In this document: positions 1 through 11,019 of the stretch, piece after piece
Layout of the letters: the number at the start of each line of letters is the position of its first letter
Position numbering within the stretch: the stretch's first letter is position 1
Origin: Phoronis australis
Lineage: Eukaryota > Animalia > Phoronida
Length of the DNA stretch: 64,000 nt
Assembly (NCBI GenBank): GCA_002633005.1
Contig: NMRA01000255.1
Location: 511,689 to 575,688 of the forward strand
Direction: 5' to 3'
Notes under the pieces: generated by a model
What the model was told of the DNA's origin: nothing
The model's input: the letters and a program-made list of their open reading frames with translations, nothing else
The model's database searches: none
Program-made: the position numbers and the translations under genes

Positions 1-255
1 AGACCTTGTTCACAGCAGTGGTGACGAGGAATTTTTTCACGGACATTCAGTGGGTGGGTACATGTTTGAGCCCGAGTATAACGAGGCAGAGTACGCACAG
101 GCACAGACAGCTGTTGAGAGAAACGAGGCGGCTACTAAGGACAGACGTGGTGACACATCTTGGTGCAAATGCACTGTGTGCGTTGTTATGCCTACCTCAA
201 TGGAATGCTTGTGCTGTTCAGAGTTCGACGAGGCCAAGCCACTACTGGATACGGT
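1..255 (+). pseudogene. KolX / P2X7 C-terminal ballast-like Cys-rich protein, truncated
   Basis: Reads GYMFEPEY...DTSWCKCTVCVVMPTSMECLCCSE, matching the WCxCxxCxxMxxxxExxCC pattern of KolX/P2X7 ballast proteins. The start of the same ORF (MAGVGDPY...) is seen in the overlapping copy at 2786-2921. Confidence 0.7.
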
Positions 256-1043
256 TAAGTGGACCTCTGGCATACCACGGACAGAGGAACAACTGTCCAA
301 CTTGCCAGAGTGTCCTGCGACACACTTCCACTGGATGGTGACCTGAGCACCCAAACTGCTTACATCGTGTCGCGTGACTCCATCGTCACACACCTGGCAC
401 CTTCTAAATAGCTCCAACACTTTAGACAAATCCACAATAATCTTATCAAAGTTTGGCTCACCGATCTGTTCACTGGACGACGAACTGTCCTCTTCACTGG
501 GTGTCGAACTGAGCCTGTTATCACTCCCACTACTCAATATCGCTGCAGGGATGCTTAGAGGTTCTGGGCTTGAGAAAACAGCACAGGGCGAATCAATACT
601 GGTTCCAGGAATGGCACGCTCTGGGGTACGTTCGGAGGAAGGGTGACAGTGGATGAAGTGCCTCCACTGGCTCCAGTCACTGTACTGGCCACAGCTCGCG
701 AGGCTTCTCTCTTCAAAAACGCACTTCTCGGGGGTGGCGACGGGGCACTGCCGGGAATCAACACAGACGGAATGGCATCCTTCTTCAGGCGTTGTTTCGC
801 AGGGACCTTCATCAGTTCAGCGTACAAATCCCTTTCTTAATCGGACAGCAGAAAGTGCATGCCACACACACGGTAATTCTCGACTGCTTTGTACGTTGCG
901 TGGACGGGTAACGCTGCGTTCTTCACACGAACGAGACAAGTACGGCGAAGTGTGTCATCCATCGGAAAGCGATGCTAAGGTACTCCTAAAGCGCGCGTGA
1001 GACGATGATTAGTACATCCCGGTACGCAGCAACAGTGTGGCAT
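250..1043 (-). pseudogene. THAP-domain transposase N-terminal remnant (Kolobok)
   Basis: From ATG 1043 it reads MPHCCCVPGCTN...VP*HRFP...(frameshift)...NYRVCGMHF..D*ERDL...RLKKDAIPSV, which is the THAP C2CH signature plus an AVPTIF-like box. Further on it reads CQVC...IQWKCVAGHSG. It has stops and frameshifts and no DDE core. Confidence 0.8.
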
Positions 1044-2451
1044 GTTGACTGACTAGTAAATGAAAGCAAACGACGACGTAACTTAATACAACCGAGGTAA
1101 AACAATGACTGACTCGGCAGCTCTCACAGTCAGACTATATGAAAAGAAATTGGCGCGAAATGCTTGCCTCCTAAAACGTCACTTCCGGAGTAGCGGACAA
1201 ACAATTAACAAAATTACGAAAAGCTGTGATTAAGTGGAAAATATGTCTAGGATAACCAACCAACCTTATCTTAGCTCAAAATGACATGAAAAAAGGTTGC
1301 CTTCGCCTTTAAAGGGGCAACACACTGAAAAAGCTGACTGGGGGCCTCTCGGACTTCAAAAGCATGCACTTTATCTTTCTATTGTCTTTTAAGATGAAAA
1401 ATCAATTAAAAGTGCTATTTGGTCAATGATCGTTAGTCCNTCTCAATCTCTCTCTCTCTCTCTCTCTCTCACTCCCCAGGACCTTCACTCTTCGACTGTT
1501 TCATTTTTTACTCTCCAAGTTCACATGATGTTAAGTGTTGCAGTTTGCAACAATCATCTGTTAACTTTAGTCTAATTGCAAAAAACTACCAAGGTTTGCC
1601 GTAATCAAAGAATCTTGGAGGTCGCAGAATGTGTTGTTGTGTTTTGCTTCATTCAGTTTAGTCATCGTATTACATCACTTTCTGTTGTTGTCTAGACACC
1701 AACTGAGAAGCACATTCTGAAATCAACAAATGTGTTTGTACATTCCAAGATGTTTAACCCACATTGTTAGGGATTGGGATAGGAACCATTTCACCCTCCT
1801 TGGGCTTTCAGAGTACCCTCCTAAAACTATTCCAAGAGGGTACTCCACAGGTTTACACAGATCATGACACTCAGCTGGGTGATTTTCTCAAACAATTTTA
1901 GTCAATTTGATTGAAAAAAACACCCGTTGTAATACACTATACCTTGATATATTTCAGCCAGTGTTTTATTGCCTTGGAGTTATGGGTAATGATCCAGCCG
2001 AAAGGGACAAAACAGTGGCGGATTTAGAGGGGGGCCAAGGGGCCATGGCCCCCCCTAAATTTCTCCCAGATTCCATTTGGCAGAAAGGGGGTGCGAATGT
2101 CTGACGGGCAAGTTCCTGGCAAATTCTCTGCCCTGCCCCCCCACCAACTCAAAATCCTGGATGCGTCCCTGCACGACCAAAGTTTCTGATGCCGACGGGT
2201 TGTATTTACCACCTTAGATGCGAATGACGATTTCAGACATTGTGGTGGAAAGTGTTTTGAAGAGCTAAAAGCTGAATGAAATATAATTGTTCCAGTGACG
2301 TCGAACCTATCTGAAATAGTGGTGGTAACAACTGATCAAACTGTGACATGTGTACGTAAAATGGGAGGCCTACCTGAGGAAATAGAAAAATATTTCGCCA
2401 CTCTGAAAGGACGGTCAGTTTGCTCATACCGGGTCTTCATCGATGGTTTAA

Positions 2452-2921
2452 AGGCGAAGGCAACCTTTTTTCATGTCATTTTGAGCTAAAATAAGGTTGG
2501 TTGGTTATCCTAGACATATTTTCCACTTAATTACTGCTTTTCGCAATTTTATTAATTACTCGTCTTCTACTCCGGAAGTGACGTTTTAGGAGGCAAGCGT
2601 TTCCCGCCACTTGGTTTTGCGTTGAGTTTACCGTGCGAATCTGTTCTATTTTACTTTTGTTTTGTGCTGTTTTTCAACAATTGTCGCCACCACTTTCCAT
2701 CGGCGAGTATTCTGCGGCAAGATAGGTTAGTAGAGAACTCAACTGCATTGGATTTAGGGATTGTTTAGTGTGTTGTAAGCTGAAAATGGCTGGAGTCGGT
2801 GACCCGTATCACAGTGACAGTAGTGTGAGTGACGGAGACCTTGTTCACAGCAGTGGTGACGAGGAATTTTTTCACGGACATTCAGTGGGTGGGTACATGT
2901 TTGAGCCCGAGTATAACGAGG
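2452..2921 (+). mobile_element. Left end of the same Kolobok element (left TIR and KolX start), cut by an N-join
   Basis: Begins TTAA(2448-2451)|AGGCGAAGGCAACC. Positions 2836-2921 repeat window positions 1-86. KolX ATG is at 2786. Confidence 0.85.
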
Positions 2922-3659
2922 NTTAACACAAGCCTCAGTTGTATGTGAAACCTTCAGTGGTTTTGGTGCAAAAATGGATCATTTTATACCAAAATCTAAA
3001 TCCTTTTGTGTGGAAATTATTTGAAATGCACTCTTGATGGTGACTTTTGCAACACCTGTGTCACTGGTCAGAGAGGCATATTTGGTTAATGCAATCTATG
3101 CAGGTCCCCTCTCTCTCTCTCCTGGACCATGACTCGTCGACTGTTTCATTTTTTACTTTCCAAGTTCACATGATGTCAAGAGTTGCAGTTTGCAACAATC
3201 ATCTGTTAACTTTAGTCTAATCGCAAAAAACTACCAAGGTTTGCCGTAATCAAAGAATCTTGGAGGTCGCAGAATGTGTTGTTGTGTTTTTGCTTCATTC
3301 AGTTTAGTCATCGTATTACATCACTTTCTGTTGTTGTCTAGACACCAACTGAGAAGCACATTCTGAAATCAACAAATGTGTTTGTACATTCCAAGATGTT
3401 TAACCCACATTGTTAGGGATTGGGATAGGAATCATTTCACCCTCCTTAGGCTTTCAGAGTACCCTCCTAAAACTATTCCAAGGGGGTACTCCCACAGGTT
3501 TACACAGATCATGACACTCAGATGGGTTATTTTCTCAAACAATTTGAGTCAATTTGATTGAAAAAAACACCCGTTGTAATACACTATACCTTGATTTATT
3601 TCAGCCAGTGTTTTATTGCCTTGGAGTTATGGGTAATGATCCAGCCGAAAGGGACGACA

Positions 3660-3817
3660 CAGTGGCGGATTTAGAGGGGGGCCAAGGGGCCATGGCCCCC
3701 CTAAATTTCTCCCAGATTCCATTTGGCAGAAAGGGGGTGCGAATGTCTGACGGGCAAGTTCCTGGCAAATTCTCTGCCCTGCCCCCCCACCAACTCAAAA
3801 TCCTGGATCCGTCCCTG
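3660..3817. mobile_element. Short CAGTGGCGGAT-type MITE (second copy at 2012-2171)
   Basis: Termini CAGTGGCGGATTTAG ... CCTGGATCCGTCCCTG, the same family as 38710-39008. TSD not clear. Confidence 0.6.
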
Positions 3818-5484
3818 CACGACCAAAGTTTCTGATGCCGACGGGTTGTATTTACCACCTTAGATGCGAATGACAATTTCAGACATTGTGGTGGAAAGTG
3901 TTTTGAAGAGCTAAAAGCTGAATGAAATATAATTGTTCCAGTGACGTCAAACCTATATGAAATAGTGGTGGTAACAACTGATCAAACTGTGACATGTGTA
4001 CGTAAAATGGGAGGCCTACCTGGGGAAATAGAAAAATATTTCGCCACTCTGAAAGGACGGTCAGTTTGCTCATACCGGGTCTTCATCGATGGTTTAAAGG
4101 GGCAACACACTGAAAAAGCTGACTGGGGGCCTCTCGGACTTCAAAAACATGCACTTTATCTTTCTATTGTCTTTTAAGATGAAAAATCAATTAAAAGTGC
4201 TATTTGGTCAATGATCGTTAGTCCGAACTAGGAACCGGGTTCCTATGTCAGAAGCACATATACATGTAAATAAAGACAGAGATTGAGCATTCTAGTATTA
4301 ATGGACGTGAACCAACGGTGTCTCATCAGGCGCCATTTTTGTGTTGCAACTCTCTGTCAACAACACGCTTGGTTGTAGACAGATAAAGATCTTTTGTTAC
4401 ATCGCATGAAAAGCGCATATTAAACATCGCTGACTAGTCGACGTTGGCCGTTTTTCTTCCTTACAACCCACTTTCAATGAAACCTAGTTCAAATCATTCG
4501 TTCCACATATTACCAACTATTCTTATGACCCAGTGACCGCACCATAGCAGACTAGTCGTTAGATCTCGAAAAATGTCAACATTCAAAATTCAACTTAAAG
4601 CACTTTTTGAACTTACATCGTGGAGCGAGCTCCAGTCCTTTGAAAAGGAATGTTTTCAACAAGAGACAAAAATGATTACACGGCGGGTATCCTCACGCTT
4701 AGGTATAGTCGCAAGTAAAGAGTGCAGTCTGAATTCAGTTCTTCGTGGCAAACTACAGAAAGGTAACACGATTTGATTACGAACAATACCGTGCTTGCAG
4801 ATAGATCAGAAATAATCAATTTTTGAAATTGCGCACGTCTAAACAACATTTTTATTCTCTAAAAAGTAGGCCTACTCTGCATTTACAGCTGTCATGACGT
4901 TTCTCATAATGTCGTTCAAGTTGAACATAGGAACCTCTTTAACCGCTCGCTGTCCATTATGGGGAGACCAGTGAAAACTTTGAACCATAAATGAGATGAT
5001 TTTAAAATCTTTGAAGATCATGATGCATTAGCACTTTGCTAAAACATGTATTATACATATTGCGCTGAGTCATTGTTAAATAAATTCAAAAACATCAATA
5101 ATGATGATAATAATGATAACGATACCAATAACGAGTAATAGTAGTGAAAGTAGTAATGGTAGTAATTGCAGTAATAGTAATGCAATAGTAATAAAAGTGA
5201 TAATGGGTAGCCAAACTTATGCCGTGTCAGTCCGGGGGCATTCCTGTAGAAGAGGTATACGAAATGTGCAGCCCGAAAGGAAGATTTTTCAGAGCACAAC
5301 ATACTTTCCAAGATGGTACCATTTACAATAAACAATTATCTAAAAGGGTGCCTTTTCTGAATTTCTGGAACAGAAATGTGCGAAAACGTGATTTTTACGC
5401 CAAATGGTTCACTTTTTTGTCCAAGTCCACATTTCTTAAGGAACAAACGTGATAAATACATGTATTAGCCAAAATACGATGTCA

Positions 5485-7908
5485 TTACTCTGCGCGTGCA
5501 AGCGCAGAGTACTGTTGTTCCTGGATTTTCTTCAATTTTATTCTTATTACTCTGCGCGTGTAAGCGCAGGGTATTGTTGTTCCTGGGTTTTCTTCAATTT
5601 TATTCTTCTTCTTATTCTTATTCTTCTTCCGACCAACTTTGAGGCTTAATAACTCCAAATTGGGTGCAGGTACGGTCTTTAAATTCAGCATATGACTTTT
5701 GACAGTATATAAATTTTGATTGGTTATATAATCATATTCCATATTGCACCGGAAGAGGTAGTTTGGTGCAAAGGTCATATAATTTTCAAAATGCTACTCC
5801 TCCTTCAGTTTTAAAGCTATCCTTTTCAAATTCGGTGCACAGGTATATGTCAACATGACAATTTTAAAAAATTACTTTTCTAAGTAATCGGGTCATCCAA
5901 TCAGGTGAAATAGGTCAAAGATCATTAGGTACAAACTAAAATTTTGAGCTAGACACTTCAAATTGACAGGTCTGTTGCCACAGGTAAATCAAATCGGAAT
6001 CCAAAGATTCAGGTCATTTAGTACAAACATGGGGTCATTAGGTGCATTTTTCTTCTGAAAATTTGACCTTTTCAATCAGCAAGTATTCTGATGTGTCAAC
6101 CGTTAGACAACTGTGATTCTCAGCGTTCAACACATTTTTCATGGGCTTTGCAATAATTCTCCTAAAGATGCTTAAAATGCACCGGATAAGGTCAATTAGT
6201 GCAAAGGTCATGTAACGTTCAAAATGTTATATCTCCTACGTTTTTCAAGGAATTCTTTTCAATTTCAGCACATTGGTGTAAGTCAACATGCCAAGTGAAT
6301 ACTCTACTTTACTTCACAATAGGCCTAACCAATCAGAAAAAATAGGTCAAAGGTCATTGAGTGCAAAATAAAATTTTGAGCAAGAGGCTTCAGAATTACG
6401 TATCTGTTTACTAAGTGCGATTGAGTTTGAATTCTAAATTTTCAGGTCATTTGGTGCATTTGTCTTCTGAAAGTTTGACCACTTCATTCATCTTGTATTC
6501 TGAAGTGCTTAAAGTAAAACATCTGTGATTATTAGCATTAACCGCACTTTTAATCGAGTTAACAATTACTCCCTCACGGGGGCTCGTAATGCACCGGAAG
6601 AGGTCAATTAGTGGAAAGGTCATCAAAAAATTAATATGTAATTTCTCCTACAATATTAAAGAATTCCTTTTCGTATTGGTAAACGGGTTGCTGTCAGTAA
6701 CTTCCCATAATAATACCAGTAATACGCACGCGCAGAGTCCGTTATTGTCACGGTGTGACAATAATCTTTCTAGTTCTTCTTATTCTTATTCTTCTTCCGA
6801 CCAACTTTGACTCCTAATAACTCCAAAAGGGTTGCAGTTATGTTCTTCAAATTTAACATATGATTTTAGGCAGAACATAAATTTTGATTCGTTATATATT
6901 CATATTCCATAATGCACCGGAAGAGGTCATGTTGTGCAAAGGTCATGTAATTTTCAAAATGCTACTCTTTCTTCATTTCAAAAGCTTTTCTTTTCAAATT
7001 CGGTGCACAGGTATATGTCAACATGACAATTTTAAAATATTACTTTTCTAAGTAATCGGGTCATCCAATCAGGTGAAATAGGTCAAAGGTCATTAGGTAC
7101 AAACTAAAATTTTGAGCTAAACACTTCAAATTGACAGGTCTGATTGGCACAGGTAAATCAAATCGGATTCCGAAGTTTCAGGTCATTTAGTACAAACATG
7201 GGGTCATTAGGTGCATTTTTCTTCTGAAAATTTGACCTTTTCAATCAGCAAGTATTCTGATGTGACAACCGTCAGACAACTGTGATTCTCAGCATTAAAC
7301 ACTTATAATGCACCGGATAGGGTCATGTAACGTTCAAAATGTTATATTTCTTACGTTTTTCGAGGAATTCTTTTCAATTTCAGCACACTGGGGCAAGTCA
7401 ACATGCCAATTGAATACCTACTTTACTTTGCAATAGGTTTAACCAATCAGAAAAATAGGTCAAAGGTCATTGGGTGCAAAATAAAATTTTGGGCTAGGGA
7501 CTTCAAAATTACATATCTGTTTAGTAAGTGCGAATGAGTTTGAATTCTAAATTTTCAGGTCATTTGGTGCACCCATGGGGTCATTAGGTTCATTTTTCTT
7601 CTGAAAGTTTGACCAATTCATTCATCTTGTATTCTGAAGTGCTTAAAGAACAACATCTGTGATTTTTAGTAATAACCACACTTTTAATCGAGTTAACAAT
7701 TACTCCGTCATCGGTGCTCATAATGCACCTGAAGAGGTCAATTAGTGGAAAGGTCATCAAAAATTTAATGTATAATTTCTCCAACAATTTTAAAGAATTC
7801 CTTTTCATATTGGTGAACGGGTTGCTGTCAATAACTTTCCATAATAATTCCAGTAATGCGCACGCGCAGAGTCCGTTATTGTCACGCCGTGACAATAATC
7901 TGGCTAGT
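5485..7908 (+). mobile_element. Tandem Helentron-associated (HINE-like) non-autonomous rolling-circle element, two units
   Basis: A 5' sub-TIR CTCTGCGCGTG is followed by a TTC/TTA microsatellite and internal AGGTCA-rich subrepeats. A 3' sub-TIR CACGCGCAGAG, hairpin TTATTGTCAC-N3-GTGACAATAA and CTAGTT end occur twice (~6727-6774 and ~7861-7908). Confidence 0.65.
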
Positions 7909-8884
7909 TGTTGATGTTGTGCTTACGAGGTACCAAGGGAAGTGTGTTTACTGTAATGCCCGACACACAATTGCGTGTGACCTGTCGTGTGACCGCCCAC
8001 AAAAGATTGCAAGAACGCTTTAACAACAAAAACGTGTTACCTGATCCTGGAAACTCCTTTTGTCTGGAATCGAAACTGTACGGGGTACATGACTATACCA
8101 AGAAACCACCCTGGTTAAAAAAATAGAAAGCACATTCGAGCTGGCACATTTATTAGAGTTTCATTCAAACAATCAGAGGAAGAAAGCGTTTTCCTCCGTG
8201 TGACAAATACATGTACCATGCAAACTCATGAAATATGACGTCGGTTTCGTAAAATCTAACAACGGTACATTTATCGCATGTGAATTCGACGTTGTAACAA
8301 TTACATAAAATGTATCTTGTTACATGTTAGAAGAGGCCAAGCAACGTAAAATGTAACGATGACGTAAAATGTATCAGTTGTTACACTTTTACGAAATTTT
8401 TACATTTCACGGCGTACTGCACCGTACTGCACCGCAGCGTACTGGATTCGTTGTTAAATCCATTTGCTTACTGCTAAGTTAATCGTTCTGTTTTCAAACT
8501 GACCGCGACTCCACAAAACATAGACAAATCGACGTTTATATACACACACACACGTACAGTACACGCACACGCACGGAGAGGAGGCCCCCTGGTATGGGTA
8601 AGACGAATGGAACCTGTGTGTCAAAGAATACAAGAACATTAAGTATATAAAAGTACAGTCTTTATGAATGCGAGCTTTCTGGCACTTCTAAAATTTTTTT
8701 AAAAATCTACTTTTCTGAAATTTCCCATTTTTGTCAATTTTGATTATTTTCCTATATATTTCTATAACAAAAATATTCATTGAGAGACTGTAGAATTGGG
8801 TTCCAGTGGCCGATTATATAAAACAATCTCAAATAGGGACTCGGTTAAACATTCTGCATACAGGTGTCTGTGTTTACTCATAAT

Positions 8885-9770
8885 GCGATGAATATTTTCA
8901 GTCATCCAGTTGAGTAATCAAGGTAGAAAAACAATAAATCAGATACTGGATGGTTACGTTACGTCCTCCTCTCGAGGACTTCATTAGGCCACTGAGGTGT
9001 CACGTGACTCGTCTTGTGATCCACGGCACAGTTTGCGCGGGATACTCTTTAGTGCCCTATCCCACGTCCTTGGCAACAGAAACCTCAAGAACCCCTGTCT
9101 GTTTTGGCGAGGATTCTCAACTCTTTCATAAAAGCTTCCTTGACATCTCCCCTGAACCAGTTTTCCTCTCTATCTAAAATCGTGACATCTTCCAGGGAGA
9201 AAGAGTGAAAGAGTGGTCTGTGGCGGCTAGGAAATAAAAACCGCAGAATCATAGCAGAACTGGGCCTACGATGTTGATTGATACGACTTTTCAGAGCTTG
9301 TTTGGTTTTCCCAGTGTATGCTTTCCCACACCCTGGCTCCGAGCATGAAATGCTATAAACCACATTATATTTTTTCTCTTTCGTGGTCTTATCTTTCACA
9401 TTCACCAGTTGACTCCTTATGGTGTTGATTGGTTTGAACGCAACACAAATATCGTGACCCCTCATATGAGATTTATCCTGGTCTGAGATCCCTGGCACAA
9501 AAGGTAATGTTATCCTGATGTTTCCCCCGTTGTCAGGCTGCGTGTTCTGAGACCTGTCTCCGCAATGGTTTGCCTTGTGGAATGACCACTCAGGATAGCC
9601 ATATCTCTTTAATACTGTTCTGTTGTAACCCAGTTCAACATCAATGCCCTCCTCCGTGTTGGGGATGGTTTTTGCACGATAGTCCAACGTTCTAATCACG
9701 CCCAGTTTGTGTGTCAAAGGGTGATTGGAGTCAAATGGATGATAGTAGTCCGTGTGAGTGGGTATAGGAA
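8885..9770 (-). mobile_element. Penelope-like retroelement 3' fragment (RT thumb, GIY-YIG endonuclease, 3' tail)
   Basis: ORF 9085-9810 contains PTHTDYY..FDSNHPLTHKLGVIRTL..RA, LPFVPGISD, VAFKPINTIRSQL, NVVYSISC..CGKAYTGKT..ALKSRINQHRR and ILDREENWF, all typical of Penelope RT-GIY-YIG proteins. Confidence 0.88.
8955..8992 (-). ncRNA. Degenerate type I hammerhead ribozyme motif in the Penelope tail
   Basis: Minus strand reads CTAATGA-A-GTCCTC-GAGAG-GAGGAC-GTAAC. Stem II is perfect, and each conserved box differs from CTGANGA/GAAAC by one base. Confidence 0.6.
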
Positions 9771-10415
9771 GCCCACTCACAGGACCAGGTTGCTTATTTT
9801 CTAAGTACAATTACCCCGCTGTTAAATGTTGCAAAGTGAGTTCATTGATATCATTTTGTAGAAAAAGCTTTACTCTTTCTGATGAAATCATCTATTTTTT
9901 GAATGAAACCTAACCCCTGAAATTAGTCTGGGGAAGTAGACCAAAAACCGCGGTTTGGGCAGTTGTCCCTTCCTGGTTATCTCTTTCTGATAGTACTACT
10001 TTGTAAGTATCTAATACTATAACATAGTACTATTTTGTAAGTATCTAATAATATAACATAGTACTACTTTGTAAGTATCTAATAATATAACATAGCCTTT
10101 GTAAATATTGTAAATATCTAAATACAACTAATGCTTTCCATCGACTAACCACAAGCTAATGTTCAATGTTGATTTGAGTATACATAAACACAATCAACAA
10201 CATTGCTATCACACGCTCAATGATGGCGCGGTACGTTATTTCCAGTATTGAGATTATTACCTTCATTAATCAAGACCCATCTCTATTCTAGCTTCTAATC
10301 AAAAAGTTGATTACAATCACCATAAACAAACCCTGGCACTACCAAATTGTAATACAACAATTTTGTGTCATATTTGTGGCTTTAGTATATAGAATGCTAC
10401 CACTGACTAAATGAG

Positions 10416-10899
10416 TCAAAGCCGTGATTTGGCCAAAAACTTCAGTCCGTCACTAAGAATGCGTTCCAGATCTGACAAAGAAAAAGAAGGCAAGAATTGT
10501 TCAACAAAAGTCATCAGTTCAGCAACAGAATTCACATTACGTTTTTTGTAGGCTGTTTCTCCCATAGCTTCATACCATATTATTCCATTGCTGGTTTCTT
10601 TAAGTACGTAAGACAATCCCGGACGATGAATGACTGCTAACGCTGAGGTGTGCGCTGAACTACGACTTCTGTACACTGAGGAAGAATTTCTCATTAAGCC
10701 GTGAAACTATCTCATCCAGTGAAACCGCATCTAGATTGAAAGTATAAAAATCTATCCACTGGGCCTTTTCAACTATAATGAATAGATCTGTTTCACTTAC
10801 GAACTGTCGTCGAACATAATGATCATTTCTTGCAGTCCTCAAGACATCAATAACCTCTAGGAAACGTCCGATTTCCTCTGGAGACAGCTGCATCGCCAT
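10416..10899 (-). pseudogene. NAT: Arylamine N-acetyltransferase pseudogene copy with internal deletion
   Basis: Duplicate of 13699-14591. It lacks the ~420 bp (equivalent to ~14096-14514) that holds the catalytic core and has further frameshifts. Confidence 0.8.
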
Positions 10900-11019
10900 T
10901 TTGAAGTTATCTTAGTGTAGTGGGCAAGTGCGCACAAAGCTGAATAGACCTAGCTGCGAAGCCAGATGACACAAAAAATCTCACATAAGCCTTTTTACGT
11001 GACCATTGGGTCTTACTTT

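Larger units (their letters stand above)
1..1308. mobile_element. Kolobok-type DNA transposon, internally deleted (right part, including right terminal inverted repeat)
   Basis: Ends ...GGTTGCCTTCGCCT|TTAA (TTAA at 1309-1312). Positions ~1150-1308 are the imperfect reverse complement of 2452-~2610, giving a ~160 bp TIR with an AG terminus. It carries convergent THAP-transposase and KolX-like remnants. Confidence 0.85.
1480..4224. repeat. Near-identical duplicated segment (1480-2451 vs ~3124-4097; 1309-1439 vs 4094-4224), probably uncollapsed haplotypes
   Basis: The copies differ only by SNPs and small indels and are bounded by single-N joins at 1440 and 2922. Confidence 0.75.

Noticed and set aside
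5095-5205. ORFs rich in Asn/Ser or Tyr/Leu
   Set aside because: They arise from a degenerate (AAT/AGT)n trinucleotide repeat.
9990-10125. ~34-bp repeats resembling a CRISPR array (also 13277-13410)
   Set aside because: They are contiguous tandem units with no unique spacers and no cas genes, in a eukaryotic context, so this is a minisatellite.
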